Both the position numbers and the translations under genes were made by a program. Below the pieces are notes generated by a model. It was not told where the DNA came from and made no database searches. It was given only the letters and a program-made list of their open reading frames with translations. A stretch of 64,000 bases of DNA from Phoronis australis (taxonomy: Eukaryota; Animalia; Phoronida), in NCBI GenBank assembly GCA_002633005.1, contig NMRA01000017.1, forward strand, positions 454,260 through 518,259, given 5' to 3'. This document shows, piece by piece, positions 12,810 to 26,300 of the stretch; position 1 is the stretch's first letter; the number at the start of each line of letters is the position of its first letter.

Positions 12810-14110
12810 ATTTATTTATTATTGTGATATTTAAAATGAGGGTGGCCTCTTCAGTGATAGCACTGCTTTCCAAGAGGGCCCTCAACAAGAAAAACAGTAA
12901 TATAATTATAATACAATGAAGTAATAAAACAACAATGAAATATACGTAACAAAGGTACAATCATGAATTAAAACAGGGCCCGGTCTCCAATCTTTTTACT
13001 CGAAATGGAACTCGAAATTAGGTTTGGCATTTTCTACTCTACTTTTGGGCGAAATCAAGATAAGTGTCTATTATTCTATGCTCGAGTACACAATAACTTA
13101 CGTAGATAATTTATTGACCTTAGTTCACAGTTTGTAAACCCAATATTAAAGCAATAAGTTCGAGTTTGAACTCGAAATTTCGAGTTTTTACTCGAGTTTG
13201 TAGCACGAATATAAGGGTCTTCAATGGCAAACTTGAACTAGAAACTCCTATGCATAAACTATAATGTATTTGAGCACAGTCTGATAACCAATTATCTTAA
13301 GTTCGCACAAAAGGAGCAGAGAAATTGCCAAAAATAGTTTCGAGTTCGTTTCGAGTACAAAGATTAGAGACCGGGCCCNNNNNNNNNNNNNNNNNNNNNN
13401 NNNNNNNNNNNNNNNNNNNNNNNNNNNNNNNNNNNNNNNNNNNNNNNNNNNNNNNNNNNNNNNNNNNNNNNNNNNNNNNNNNNNNNNNNNNNNNNNNNNN
13501 NNNNNNNNNNNNNNNNNNNNNNNNNNNNNNNNNNNNNNNNNNNNNNNNNNNNNNNNNNNNNNNNNNNNNNNNNNNNNNNNNNNNNNNNNNNNNNNNNNNN
13601 NNNNNNNNNNNNNNNNNNNNNTAAGGCCCAAGTACTTAAACTTGTCAACATTCTCGATGGGAGAACCGTTGATAGAAAGGGATAGTTTTTGTTGTTTTAA
13701 TTTCTGGTGGGTTCCAAACAGCATCGACTTGGTTTTACTAACGTTAAGAGTGAGTTTATTTTGAATCAGCCAGTCACGGATAAGGGCTAGTTCATCGTTG
13801 AGAGAAGTTTCGAGTTCTTTTACCGATCCCGCTGTGCAGGACATAATTGCAGTGTCATCAGCGTATAAACTGGGACACTGTTGTGGAGGACAGTAGGGAG
13901 GTCGTTAACAAAAATAGTGAATAATAGAGGGCCCAAAATGGAACCCTGAGGTACCCCCGTGATTACGGTTGAGTAGTCAGAAAGTATACCACCGTATTTG
14001 GTGGCTTGTTTACGGTCGTATAAGTAGTTTCTAAACCAAAGGAGTTCGTTATCATTAACTCCATAAGACTCTAGTTTCTGCAGTAGGATACCATGGTCCA
14101 CAGTGTGCAT
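12810..14110 (-). mobile_element. CR1/L2-type LINE fragment (RT plus probable 3' tail), interrupted by a MITE and a gap
   Basis: TVDHGILLQKL, TGVPQGSILGPLLF, LYADDT, NKLTLNVSKTK, FKYLG with a frameshift. The tail at 12810-12965 resembles the reverse complement of 40190-40295. Confidence 0.85.
12976..13378. mobile_element. MITE, ~400 bp, ~45-bp imperfect TIRs
   Basis: gggcccggtctccaatctttttactcgaaa ... tttcgagtacaaagattagagaccgggccc; right end abuts the gap. Confidence 0.8.
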
Positions 14111-16151
14111 ATATCATCATGTGCTGGCATCTTATCCATTTTAAGTTTCTAATCGTTTAGTATTTGGCTGAGATATCAACTAGACGTACATCACTTAAAT
14201 GTACGTGGTTCAAGATTCAACTTGTCGCGTATCATGACCTCGCGAAATATCAATTGATTTTTAAAAAATGATTTGAATGTAACATATCGCTTTTGGGCGA
14301 AAACCGGCATGATTACTAAGTTCTTAGTTGTGTTGGACGTATGTCTTAGGGTGGAAGACGATCCATATATTGATCTTAGTTACAAACTCTACTCTTTGCT
14401 TTATACTTGTTTCGACTGAGTTGCCCGCTGTCAGAAATCAAGTCTTATCACGGTACAGTATGTCTTGAAAACGACTTAGACTGAGTAAAAGGCGTAGTCA
14501 TAAGTTCGCGGACTTTATTTTTATCGTTCGGTAGTCAGCGTAACTGACTGAGCCGAGCGAGATGCGCCTTTAATGTCATTGACCCCGTGCGCTTCCGTTA
14601 CATAATCCCATAATTTGTACCTTTTACACCCTAAAGCCAAGTTCGTATCATTGTTGAAATTACACAGTTGCTGTGTAATTCGCTAAAAGCGTACGGCTCA
14701 CGCTTGCCCTTTAATCAGACTTTGAAAGGAGTTTTTATGTTATCCTGAAAACTTTTGAGGATTGTCGAGGGTTATAGAGCATTATCTTGTTTCAGGGAAC
14801 TGGGTGGGGAAGTCGTTTTCATATCTGTTCATAAGCAAAAACCGAGTTTGCCTACCCTTTCTAACAAAAAATCCACAAATGAATTATAAGTTATTGCTAA
14901 TTGAGTTTTCGGCCTCCACAAAAGAAAACGAATAGTCAGAAGTTAAGCTACTCAGCGATGGCGTTTCATTTTTACGGTCTATCTACATTACTGGTCGTCA
15001 GGCCCACTGCAGTTGCACGCCGTGTAGCAATAATGACGTCGCATTATCACACCTCACGTTGTTAACAATGCATCTGACGTCATGCAACAACCAAACTTAT
15101 ACAGCAATTGTTGAAGCTTTATGCCTTGGTGCCAGTTTTGGTCATTGATGTAACCGATTGGAAGAAGTGCGAGTGGTCTAGGCGAATTCCGCAGACGCAA
15201 AATATCGCGAGTGAGATAAAGTTAGGTGACCACGCCCTTCGCTTGCGATGCATGGCGATACCCCGCGAACACTTGCATGATCTCGTGGCATTCCGCGCAT
15301 GTATAGCGTCCACACATGTGTAGAGTTCGGTAACGCTAGGAATGACCTCGCTAGAAAAGCAAGACTTCGAAAGATTACGCGAGATATTACCATGTATCTT
15401 AAATGACAATAGTGTTACGTGATTTTCGGTAGATTTTTCAGCCACTGAACTCTACCCACGCCAGCAGTGTTATCAGTGACGTAACTCTCAATGGCGAAAT
15501 ACCCTGCATGCTAGAACTAGGCTTCACTGTGGGCCGGTATGTAAATAGATATCGACTACTTCGGGAAACACTGCTCGAGGCAATCTTCCACTCAACAAGT
15601 CACATTTTTGAACTGAACTCATGTTCGACTAATCAGGGAGTCAAACTTGCTTGATTATTTTCCATCTATTCTTGTACAGTTTGAATCAAGAGTTTTTAGA
15701 AAAGGGGTGCAAAACTTCGAGAGTAGAATTTTTGTAATAATATTCCAGACTTTTGTAAACACGCGGTCCAATGAACTAGTTCCCAAATACTACCATCTTG
15801 CAAGTTAAGTGAGCTGGTGCCACTAGTCTTTGAGACGCTATCGCCATCACTGCAGCGTTCAGGTCTAAACTATAAGTCAGCGACCCTTGTTCCGCAGTTG
15901 TTGTATATATTTCAATCTCAGATTGCATTTTTTCAACTTCAGATTGTGAATTTTAATGAAGAGGTAACACAAGCAATGACTACAGATTTTTTATTCCTTC
16001 AGATCTCACACACATTGGACATTATCACAAACAGTACATATGGTAAAAATCTGGGTCCTGATTCCAATGGTTCCCTGGCACAACAAACAATGAAAACCCT
16101 AAGTATATAGATGTTTTAAGACAAACATGAAAAACATTGTTTAAAACAACA

Positions 16152-16612
16152 CAAATACTGAGCAGGATGCACAATACATGGGATCACAGAGAGGGTTGAC
16201 TAGTGTTCCAAATACTGAGCAGGATGCACAATACATGGGATCACACAGAGGATTTTCAAGTGTTCCAAATACTGAGCATGATGCGCAATACATGGGATCA
16301 CACAGAGGATTGACAAGTGTCCCAAATACTGAGCAGGTTGCACAATACATGGGATCACAGAGAGGGTTGACTAGTGTTCCAAATACTGAGCAAGATGCAC
16401 AATACATGGGATCACACAGAGGATTGACAAGTGTTCCAAATACTGAGCAAGATGCACAATACATGGGATCACAGAGAGGGTTGACAAGTGTTCCAAATAC
16501 TGAGCAGGATGCACAATACATGGGATCACACAGAGGATTGACAAGTGTCCCAAATACTGAGCAAGATGCACAATACATGGGATCACAGAGAGGGTTGACA
16601 AGTGTCCCAAAT
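16152..16612. repeat. 57-bp minisatellite, 8 copies, downstream of SIAE-B stop
   Basis: Unit caaatactgagcaggatgcacaatacatgggatcacagagagggttgactagtgttc, with two roughly alternating variants. Confidence 0.95.
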
Positions 16613-17145
16613 TTGCATCATCACACATTGCTTTCCATAAATTCAGCTGTCAAAGCAGGCTGCAGTTAGCTGGCAACCATGAGATTTTTAATCCTAGTTG
16701 TTAGACTTAATATAGCTGCTGAGACCCAAGCAGCGCCATCTGTGGAGACAATGATTTTAGTTCATGTTTTGGACTGTTTCAATAGAAAGATTGGTTGAAG
16801 CTACTAACCTACCCTATTACATTTTGAACTTTGAACTGTGTGGGTCTTTAATAGGTGTATTAACAACAGCTGAAGCCAACTTTATTATACATGTTGAGCC
16901 CAAAACCTGCAGTTAAAAAGAAAATTCTAAACAAAGCGGCAGAAAGTTGGACCACTTCGGTAAAAATCAGGAATGTGACATAATGTGGACCAGTTGTAAA
17001 ACACAGTTGAACACGTTTGTTATCAGTTTGCACATAATTTAAGCACACTACAGAATCTTGAGTAAAAAAATGTGTAAATACAATATCAATTTACACAAAG
17101 CATAACTTGACATTTGATGTCACCAAGAAGGACAATAGTAAAACG

Positions 17146-17394
17146 CTACTTGGCAATCTCAAAAAAGATAAAAGGTGGCGCTGGTAGTTCTGTGTCTGCG
17201 TCATAGATGGCACATTTCTTGAAGGCGCAAGGACTTTCCGCCCATGCATATCTAATACCCGACACTTGCTTTCCCTCGCAGGCGAAAGGGTACATGAGCG
17301 TGACTGTGTTCCCAGAAGTCCCAGCAACAGGACTAACTGCCCATCCCTTGTCATTTGGAGCACAGTACATCTGCTTTTGGGCAGTACAGCACAG
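17146..17394 (-). CDS. SIAE: SIAE-B last exon
   Basis: [11 protein letters not shown]...[36 protein letters not shown]; resembles the SIAE C-terminus (RYAW..PC, LPAPPF). Confidence 0.92.
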   Translation of the reverse strand: MCCTAQKQMYCAPNDKGWAVSPVAGTSGNTVTLMYPFACEGKQVSGIRYAWAESPCAFKKCAIYDADTELPAPPFIFFEIAK

Positions 17395-20300
17395 CTGGAA
17401 GTGAAAAGGGAGAGTTTGATTGGACTATACTTGTAACGGAAGTACACCTTATGATTCTAGATGATCCCAGAAAAGTAATTGGCCCTTTGAAAGGTCACTG
17501 AAAAGTGGACTGTGCGAGCACATCCCAGAGTGGAGAATTGTGGGAAGATGCCCTTTTTAACAATGAAGCTCTAACTATCAAGGTGTTGGAGTCACTTTTG
17601 ATTTGGTTGCATACCAGCTAACTAGACCGTACACATTGGAATCACCTATATTGCATGTCAGAGATATAATTTTCCTCACTTAATGTGCACTTCTTATTGT
17701 GTAGATGATTTCACACACTAACGGTAAAAAGGTGTCATAAAAAGAATGATGGATTATGTACTCTTAGTAAATGAATGGCTAGGTATCAAACATCAAATGA
17801 CTTAAACTCAATGAAAGCTTAGATAAAGATTAGCATAATGTTAATTGAATCAGAGGTAATATTCATTTCTTAAACATCATCGCAGTGTGTATGCTATTTT
17901 GTTCTTGCACAAAGCATTGATTACTTCAAACAAAAATTATTAGACAATTTGGACGTCACTGTGTTATGAAAGCTTGATAATGAACGGCAAGGCACGCTGA
18001 CTACAAACCTCAAACCCAGCTTTACTTCGGACCACCAATCGTGATTTGGGGTCACTGTAGATCACAGTCACATTCAAGGGACTGACATCAAAGGACATTG
18101 GAAACGGTCCCTGAAACTTGACCTTTGGCTTATTGTAAGCCACCGCCATACCACCCAGACCTAACCTTACTGCGACATCTTCCTTGTCCTCAGGATGTAT
18201 ACTGAAACATAAGATTGTGGTTAGAGACCATTCACAGTTAGAGCCATATCTATGTGTGCACAATGTGTAATTTTACTGACCCTCCTATCTCCCCTTAACT
18301 GCATATAATTTTCAGATCAAATTACAAGAAATGAAAAGACCAGTTGGCAATCTTGTATTCGTGTTTGGTAGGGCCCATTTACTACATCGGTCATCACAAA
18401 AATATGCCAGGATGTTCTAGTCAAGAATGGTGACAATGGTAAAGCTGTTGGTTGTTTAGTCATATTCTTAATCACGTGACAAAGTATATGATAAATCGAC
18501 ACTTTGGTCAGTTCCTAAGAAAGTTTACTATACAGCCATCTTGAAAGCACAACAATGTCCAACTGCACTGTGTGTGCCCATGCAATACACATGCAATGAA
18601 CTGCCAGACTGTAACACTAACGAAGTCACAGTGGAATCTTGTTCTTTAGCATTGCCATTTTATGACGTTAGAAGGTCATGATAGCAGCAAGCCCCTATCC
18701 TCTCCCACCCTCACCCCTACATTACAAATTGTCACTACAGTGAACGGTTCCTCAGTTGACTTCTTCCACAAAAACAATGGAAATAAACTGATTGATGACG
18801 TGCTCTCTCCCTATATATATGTATATTATGTATATGTATATGACTTTATTTCCCGACCAGACTGCAAACAGTCGCTATCGGTTAAAATTAGGTCAAATTT
18901 TTTTATTGCAGATTATGATTATTTGTTCATTCTACATCACAAAACAATACTTTAAAACAAGCAAACTTCATTTTAAATCTTATTTATTTCATTTTGAAAA
19001 ACATCACCTTCTCCACGACTGCATATCTCGTGAAATTTTCATCGAAATTTGCTGGTTTTCGTGTCCTCATTGCTCAGTCTTCCGATGACCCAATTCGCTC
19101 GTAAACACATCAACAGAAAGGTCAAACTCTGCTCATTATGCATGTAGTAAGCTCTATGAGTTTTTCGTCCAATCATTAGTCGTTATTTCACTTTTTGCAT
19201 TCGGGGTATTTTCAACAGAAGTGTCACTCACCAGTCTTTTAGCTAGCAACGACCTTTTAACCCAATGCATCGCTGACCTCATTCGCTAGAACTAGTTAAG
19301 TGGGTGTGAAACTGTGGGGTCGCGAGGTCACGGCATGTTTTCAAGACAGTAAGATGGCTGGTCGCCGTGTAGCTGATATCTCAGTGATTAACTCTTGCCT
19401 CTGACTGCCGTATCAAGATCAGCGAGAATTAACTGAATTCATCAAAGAGCACATTTGTTGGTGGAGACAAGGAGGAATTTCGTGACAGCGACGAGTCGTC
19501 TGACGACAGCAACTCGTCGCCAGATGAGTTTCATGATCGACCCATCGCGAATACGGTTACGTTAGATTCTAAGTCGTTGGATTGGAACAAACAGAACTTG
19601 AAGAAAACAGTCCGGATTAGCTTAATCGCACAACAATATCTTGTATCTGCAAAGCCAGTGGATCGGGGTGCAAGCAGCTGAATATTACTGCAAGAGAGAA
19701 CAATCTTCGATAGGGCTGAATCACTCGGTGAGAAGTCGAAGAAATCGTTGCTCTTCAGTCAGTGTCAGTGGACTTGGATAGGGACGAGTGATTGTCATTT
19801 TTTTCAAAATTATTCACACTAGCGTAAAATTTTGAATTATTTTGAACAAAAATCAGCCAGAAACGTGTATTTTGTAATCTACAGGACTTCATTTTATTAA
19901 ACTTCTACAAAATACACTTAACTACTTGTTTTACTTGCGGTAACCCCTCCTGCCACAAGTGGACTGACCCTGTATACTTTAGCTGGGAAATTTATTGACC
20001 CAGTTGCAGCAACCCAACATGAATATCACTCCTTTTTGGCTGAGATTACATAATAAGGTCTATATTCTTTCTAATTTTTGATTAGTTTTATTTGTTTATG
20101 TTGTTGTGTATACTAGTAAGTCTGAAATGTAGCATTCAACTGCAGGTTGCTATGGAAATTTTAAAGACACTATCGGCACTTTTTGTCGGCCATTTTCCTT
20201 GACTTTTGAAAGCTCTAAATTTTCGCTTTCCCTGACTAGAATTGGCAATAACTCGGTCATTTGTGAAGATAAGGACATGTTTCATACCTCAAAATGATCC

Positions 20301-23300
20301 GAAAACACTGTATTTTCAGAAAAAATAACAATTAAAAAAATGACAAATCCCGACTTAAGACTCATTTTGTGGTGGTGGGTCACATATCTCTTTGTGATGC
20401 AGAATTGCCCAATTAAACACAGTATTTCCAACAGAACCACATTAATACTGTGCAATCTACCTATTAGACACATCTTTTCTAAAATGTATTGGTCTATTTA
20501 CACCAACCTATAGACCTAATTCATGCCGACAGGAGGCGCGCTATGATAGCTCTGTTGGCTTATTGGTATAGTTGTATTCTGCATTGCTGGAACAGCTAGA
20601 AAAAATATGAACACTCAACTGTCTATTTTACAATCCCTAAGGACGTTGAGATTTGGAAGAATTGGGTCATTGCCATATGCCGCGATGGTCGAAGGAAAAT
20701 ATGTCCGTGTAAAATTTATAAATGTTTTCAAAAATTTAGATATTTTGTCGCATCTCAGTTGCAGCGAAACATAGCAACGACTGGAGAATCTTCGGCCAGA
20801 CAGGCTGTGCTTTCATGACTACGGGTTGAAACATGATGCAGCATTTTTCTTTCCAAAAAGGACAGGGCCCTCAATCCCTCGATTTTGGGGCCGAATATCG
20901 GCCTTATTCCTCTCGCAAAAAGATTGAAATATCATGCGAAATTCCCTCCACGAGGCCTAAAAATTCACCTAGTGATTGAAAATTTCCCTCCAAAGTTCAA
21001 ATCACCTGCAACCACACAGGTGACAATTTGAAAGGGCACAAAATGGTACTCGAGACAGAGCCTATAAGAGCTTGCAACATGGCGGGGGTGCTATTGACGG
21101 TGATTGGGAGGCAGATTTTTCCCCTCACTAGGCGAAAAATTCCCCTCTCAGAAGGCACAAGCACCTTTCAACTCGGATGAACAAGGCACCTGAAGAAACA
21201 TGATAACTATGCTTGCTCTGTCCAGTTAACTGAAATTGAACTCTAAAACGAGATTACGCTTTGGACGAAGGAATTAGGTGTTTTAATTTTAAAATTTCAC
21301 TTGGTCCAGATTGATATTTGAAACCTATCTCATGAAATAGAGGTAAGAATTATTAAAACCAAGAAAGCAAAATTGATGGTCAAATAATTTTTATTTTCAA
21401 TTACGAGCCTGGTTCTTATTTTGATAAAAATATATTTAATAACATCAATTATTCTTTCAGATCAATGACAAATCAACTGTTAGTCCCGGTATAGTCCCTG
21501 CCTCACCAGGACCTAGGCTATGCTTGATGTTAATATTCTTGATCAACAAATTAAACCTCATGTGACTAATTGCACATAACAGCAAAATGCGATGAGCCAC
21601 CACAGTCAAATATATCTTCAACTCGTCAACAGTATGAGCAGATGACCTGGTTTGTGTAAAAAGCATTTTTTTCCACAATTTACAAGAAACGTAANNNNNN
21701 NNNNNNNNNNNNNNNNNNNNNNNNNNNNNNNNNNNNNNNNNNNNNNNNNNNNNNNNNNNNNNNNNNNNNNNNNNNNNNNNNNNNNNNNNNNNNNNNNNNN
21801 NNNNNNNNNNNNNNNNNNNNNNNNNNNNNNNNNNNNNNNNNNNNNNNNNNNNNNNNNNNNNNNNNNNNNNNNNNNNNNNNNNNNNNNNNNNNNNNNNNNN
21901 NNNNNNNNNNNNNNNNNNNNNNNNNNNNNNNNNNNNNNNATTTTGATTCATCATTTCTCAGACCATCTTTGGGTACAAATAACAGCATTAGAACAAGAAT
22001 GGACATGTAATACAACTTACGAGGTAAAGGGAGAGCTGTAGTCCGGTAAGTCCATGGCTACTGCCATGAACACATTTTTCATTCTGGCATTTGGCACATA
22101 GCCAACATCAGCTGTCTGGTGCCAGCGAATGTTGGTGAAACCAGACGTAGCACCACCACCTTTCTTAGGGTCTCTGTTTGCAGCAAGCTAGTCAAAAGAA
22201 GGTTTACATGAAGCAGATATCACAAAAACAAGATCTATAAAAACCAATTTAGACGTTAAGTTGCTCCAAAACATTGCTACGATCTAGCTGGACACCATTT
22301 TGAGACTAATTCACATTCCCGGTATTCTTCTCATTTTACATTTAAGTTTCTGTAGCTCGTTTTACTGAGCGCGCAAGATCTCAGAACGCCTGTAAACGAT
22401 ACGCTGTCCTGGATTCAATGAATTAAAACTGCTTCAAAAAGAAAGACATCAATTTACATAATTCACATCAAACACCAGCACATAAATGTCTCCTGACATT
22501 ACCTCCATACAGTTCTCTTTAACTCACAGATTCAGAACACAGGGTAAATTAGACATGAGATTAAAGTGCACAGTGCACTTGATTTATACAATATAAATTT
22601 TATTGAAATTCACAAGGCTTTCCAAAGTTATGGTAAAAACCCAGAAATGGGAGCAAGAAAAAATATGCTAAATCATCTGTAAATTAGCCACAAAATTATT
22701 GCTTTGAAATTTTGTTGATTTTCAACGAGACGAAACTTCGGCAGTTTTTGTGAAAACTACTATATGACATCGATTTAGTACCTGAACAAATCCAAATGGG
22801 AACGTAGTATCGGTCTGTCCATCAGAGCCTTCGTGAAACTTTCTTCTCCAGTCGTCAATCATGGCTGGGAAAGTACAGTTGTACTTATCCATGGTGGGGG
22901 GTGAGGCATTGGCCTCTCCTAGACATTGATAGAGCAGATGTCAATGACAGCGGAATAACAGGCAAGAACACAATAATTACTGGGCGTGTTTATTTACTCA
23001 TAACAAAACCATCTCTACCCCCTGGAGTGCAGAGAACTGCGAGTGATATACCTGCGGCCACACATTCACACCCAGTGTACGTGTTGCCAAGCTTGCTATG
23101 TCAACTATGTCATTGGATTTTGGTCTGTATGGAAAACTAACCAATGACAACAGGTCTTGCCTGAGGTTTAAACTGAGAATTAGCTACATTGACAGTTGGT
23201 ACATGGGGAATAACAATGGTTTTGTAATGTGTTTATTTTAATGTCCCCATTGAACTAGATGGTGAATTTTTCACTCTCAAACGCCTACATTCAGTTATAT

Positions 23301-26300
23301 TCAACTCAGTGTAAAACGTTCTCTCTGGAATATTCTTAAATAAATGATAAACATGAACAGCACAATCTGGAAATAAAACTGTTCCTGACCATGCAGGAAA
23401 TGGGCAAAATGTTAAACAACAGTTCACGTTTGATGACAATCTGCATTGATTGTCTGTAGAAAATTAACCTATGATAACAAGGTGTAGAAGGTAATGATTC
23501 ATACCTTGGTACCAGATGGCGCCGTATATAGTCATGTTCAGGAGAGGGTGAATCATAGCATTCCACAACACCGTATTCGAACTTGCCTGGAATTCCCCAT
23601 TGTCAGCATACAGTGATGGATCAGAGGCCCAACGGTTCTCCTATAAGTACAACCAGCATATTTGTGGAGATGAATTCATAATTCATATTGAATAGGATCA
23701 TTGGTTAATGAAGGTGTTGTCGAAATTCTGTTTGATTAGTATCCAAGATGCCACAGTAATGAAATTAATACAAAATGGGTAGCATGGGATGCTAGCTTGG
23801 TACAAATTCTGATGTAGACACCGCAACAATGACCACTGACATATAGTGTGAGTGTGTGTGTCTGGGTGCGTGTCTGTGTTTGTGTGTGTTTGCACGCATG
23901 TTTAATGCTCCTAAATGTTGATTCTAGCACTGACAAAAGGATGTGGGTTAAAAGTGGGACACTAAATCCTAACTTATTATTACCACACTTGTCTTGAATA
24001 GATTACGGAAATGCTGCAAACACGTTTTAGAATGAAATTTGTATGTGTTACCGTTCAAAGAAGGCTTTCCTGAATGAATACATTACAACTTTTGTGTATT
24101 CAGAGCTTGATTCATTTGTTCATCAGGGTTTAATCTGTTCTACTGTACATTCAGGGCTCCATCTGGTGACCTGTGGGTCACTTATGCAACCTCGGATTTC
24201 ATTTGGTGGTGTGGTAAAAATCTTGCGTCAAACCATCCAAAATCAACATCAGCCACAGTCTCATCAGGAGCACAAAAGACGCTTTGATAAAGAAACAGAC
24301 GACTAAAAACCAGACTCAAAAAAAGGAAAACGTCCACAAGAAGGCGCAAAAATACACTGAATCCATCCCAAAATGGAACGACATCGTCACCTTAAAAACC
24401 TATTTTTTGAATTTCACAAAGATACAAAGGCAAGCACAAAAAAATAAAATTGCCACTAGGGGGCACAGCGGCAGTTGGATTGGACCAAAACTTGTCATTT
24501 GTTGTCGTTTCCATAGGAACGCATCTGCTAAATTTCACAATGATGCAGCAAAGGTTTAAGGAGATACACCTGCAGATGAAAAAACAAGGGTGTCACATTA
24601 GCCAAACTCATCCAAAAATCCGTGTCAGTGGCACATGTGCCAACTTTCACAATGATCCTTTGAGTAATTTGGCAGTGCAAAATATGTCAAATCCATCTCA
24701 TCCCAAATTGGACAACCATTGTCGTCTCCTATTTTGCCAAATTTGACAAAAATCCATCAAGCAACTTTGAAGATACTGAGGCAAACATAAAAGAATAAAA
24801 CTGCTACTAGGGGGCGCAGGCGGTGTCAGAGTGGTCTGAAATTCACCGTCACCTGTCATCAGCTTCATAGCAACACATCCATCTCATAGGATCTCATTAA
24901 GATTCTGCAAGGACTTTAGGAGATACTGCAACAGTGTTGCAAGAGGGTTGGGAGATACAGCAACACTGGATACCCAGACAGAGGTGACTAAAATATGCAC
25001 TCACATAAGTATATAGGGGCACATAAAAAAGGACGGACACGTGCATGAACTTGGCTGTTCCCGCTGACATTTGCACAGTTCATCAATTTTTTGATGCAGA
25101 CCCCCCTTTTGTCATTTTCGTCTGCTACCAAATATGCATCGCTCATAGCAATCGAGACGTCTGCACTACAACATTAACGGGTTCCTCATTTTGGTCAGCT
25201 CAGTTTGGTGAGCTCATTTCCCATTTGTCAACCAGGGAATTGTGCCCGGCTCCATTTGGCAAGTTGACATTATGCTAAACGGGAACCCTGAGATTGGAAA
25301 ATCTTTTCAATTTTCAACACGTACATCATTTTGGTAGGCAGGCATTTTACGCAGCCACGGAACTCTTCCACGCGCAGACAGACACGTCCCTTGACTAACA
25401 TCACATGTAGTACCCTGAGGACAGCAATGAACATGGTCAGAGCAGCAAACAGCCTGGAAAAGGAAAGACAAACCACTATTTAAGTTGCCATATTATTGAT
25501 GACCAGCAGTACACGGAATGAGAAGCTCCACTTTTGATGACTTAGGATATGTAGCAACAAGTAAACAATCCAAGCAACATTCGAAATATACAGAATGATT
25601 TATAAAATTTCTACTAATTACAGTACATCTAATTGAAACATGTCAACAGACAACCCAGCTGTGGGAATCACCGACACCTTACTGGACCAAAACAGACGAA
25701 TAAGAGCAGTTAATATGAGACCAACAGTGCACTACAAATGGTACGCCTATAGGGGTGCTTATCAATTTCATGTAAGGTACAAGGAGATAAAAATTTGACC
25801 ACAAGAGCTGCAGTAGTCAAATTTAACATAAAAATTTTAACTGGTAGCTCACCACTTAGGCCAACAGCAAAACAGAAACGAAAAATAAGGTTTTCATCAT
25901 GTTTAACAAAGAAATAAAAAATCTGTGTTACAAGCTACACAGCATTGGCAGGTTTGGCTACTTTTTTCACAAAGAACAATAAAACAAGATTTTCCGCTTA
26001 CAAAGACAAAAATTATTTAACGGAGAACAGTATTCTTTGGAATCTGCTCAAAACTGGTAGGCTAACCACTATCATTTACAAAATGGATTTGCCACTAAGG
26101 CATGCTGTAGTAGTCGAATCCACCCAAAAATGGAATGCTGGCGGCGCATTGCAGTCAGATACGTCTGTGTCAAAGTTTCGTTGAAATTTGTCAAACATAG
26201 AATATCTTTACACCACCAGAAAACGTTCTTCCCAAAAAATACTGAAAAAGCCTCTTGTCAAGACCGAATTGGCCACTAGTTCAAAAATCTACTGGTTCTG

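Noticed and set aside
13248-13651. Long ORFs containing X runs (also 21457-22041 and 55653-56360)
   Set aside because: Artifacts of translating through N gaps.
16141-16669. Cys-rich repeat ORFs (MYCASCSVFGTLVNPLCDP)n and the antisense ORF
   Set aside because: Product of a 57-bp minisatellite (multiple of 3) that is open on both strands; no flanking coding context.
21695-21939. Missing SIAE-B exon hidden in the N gap
   Set aside because: The flanking exons join in phase 2 (FT-S-IHP) exactly as in SIAE-A, so no exon is needed.
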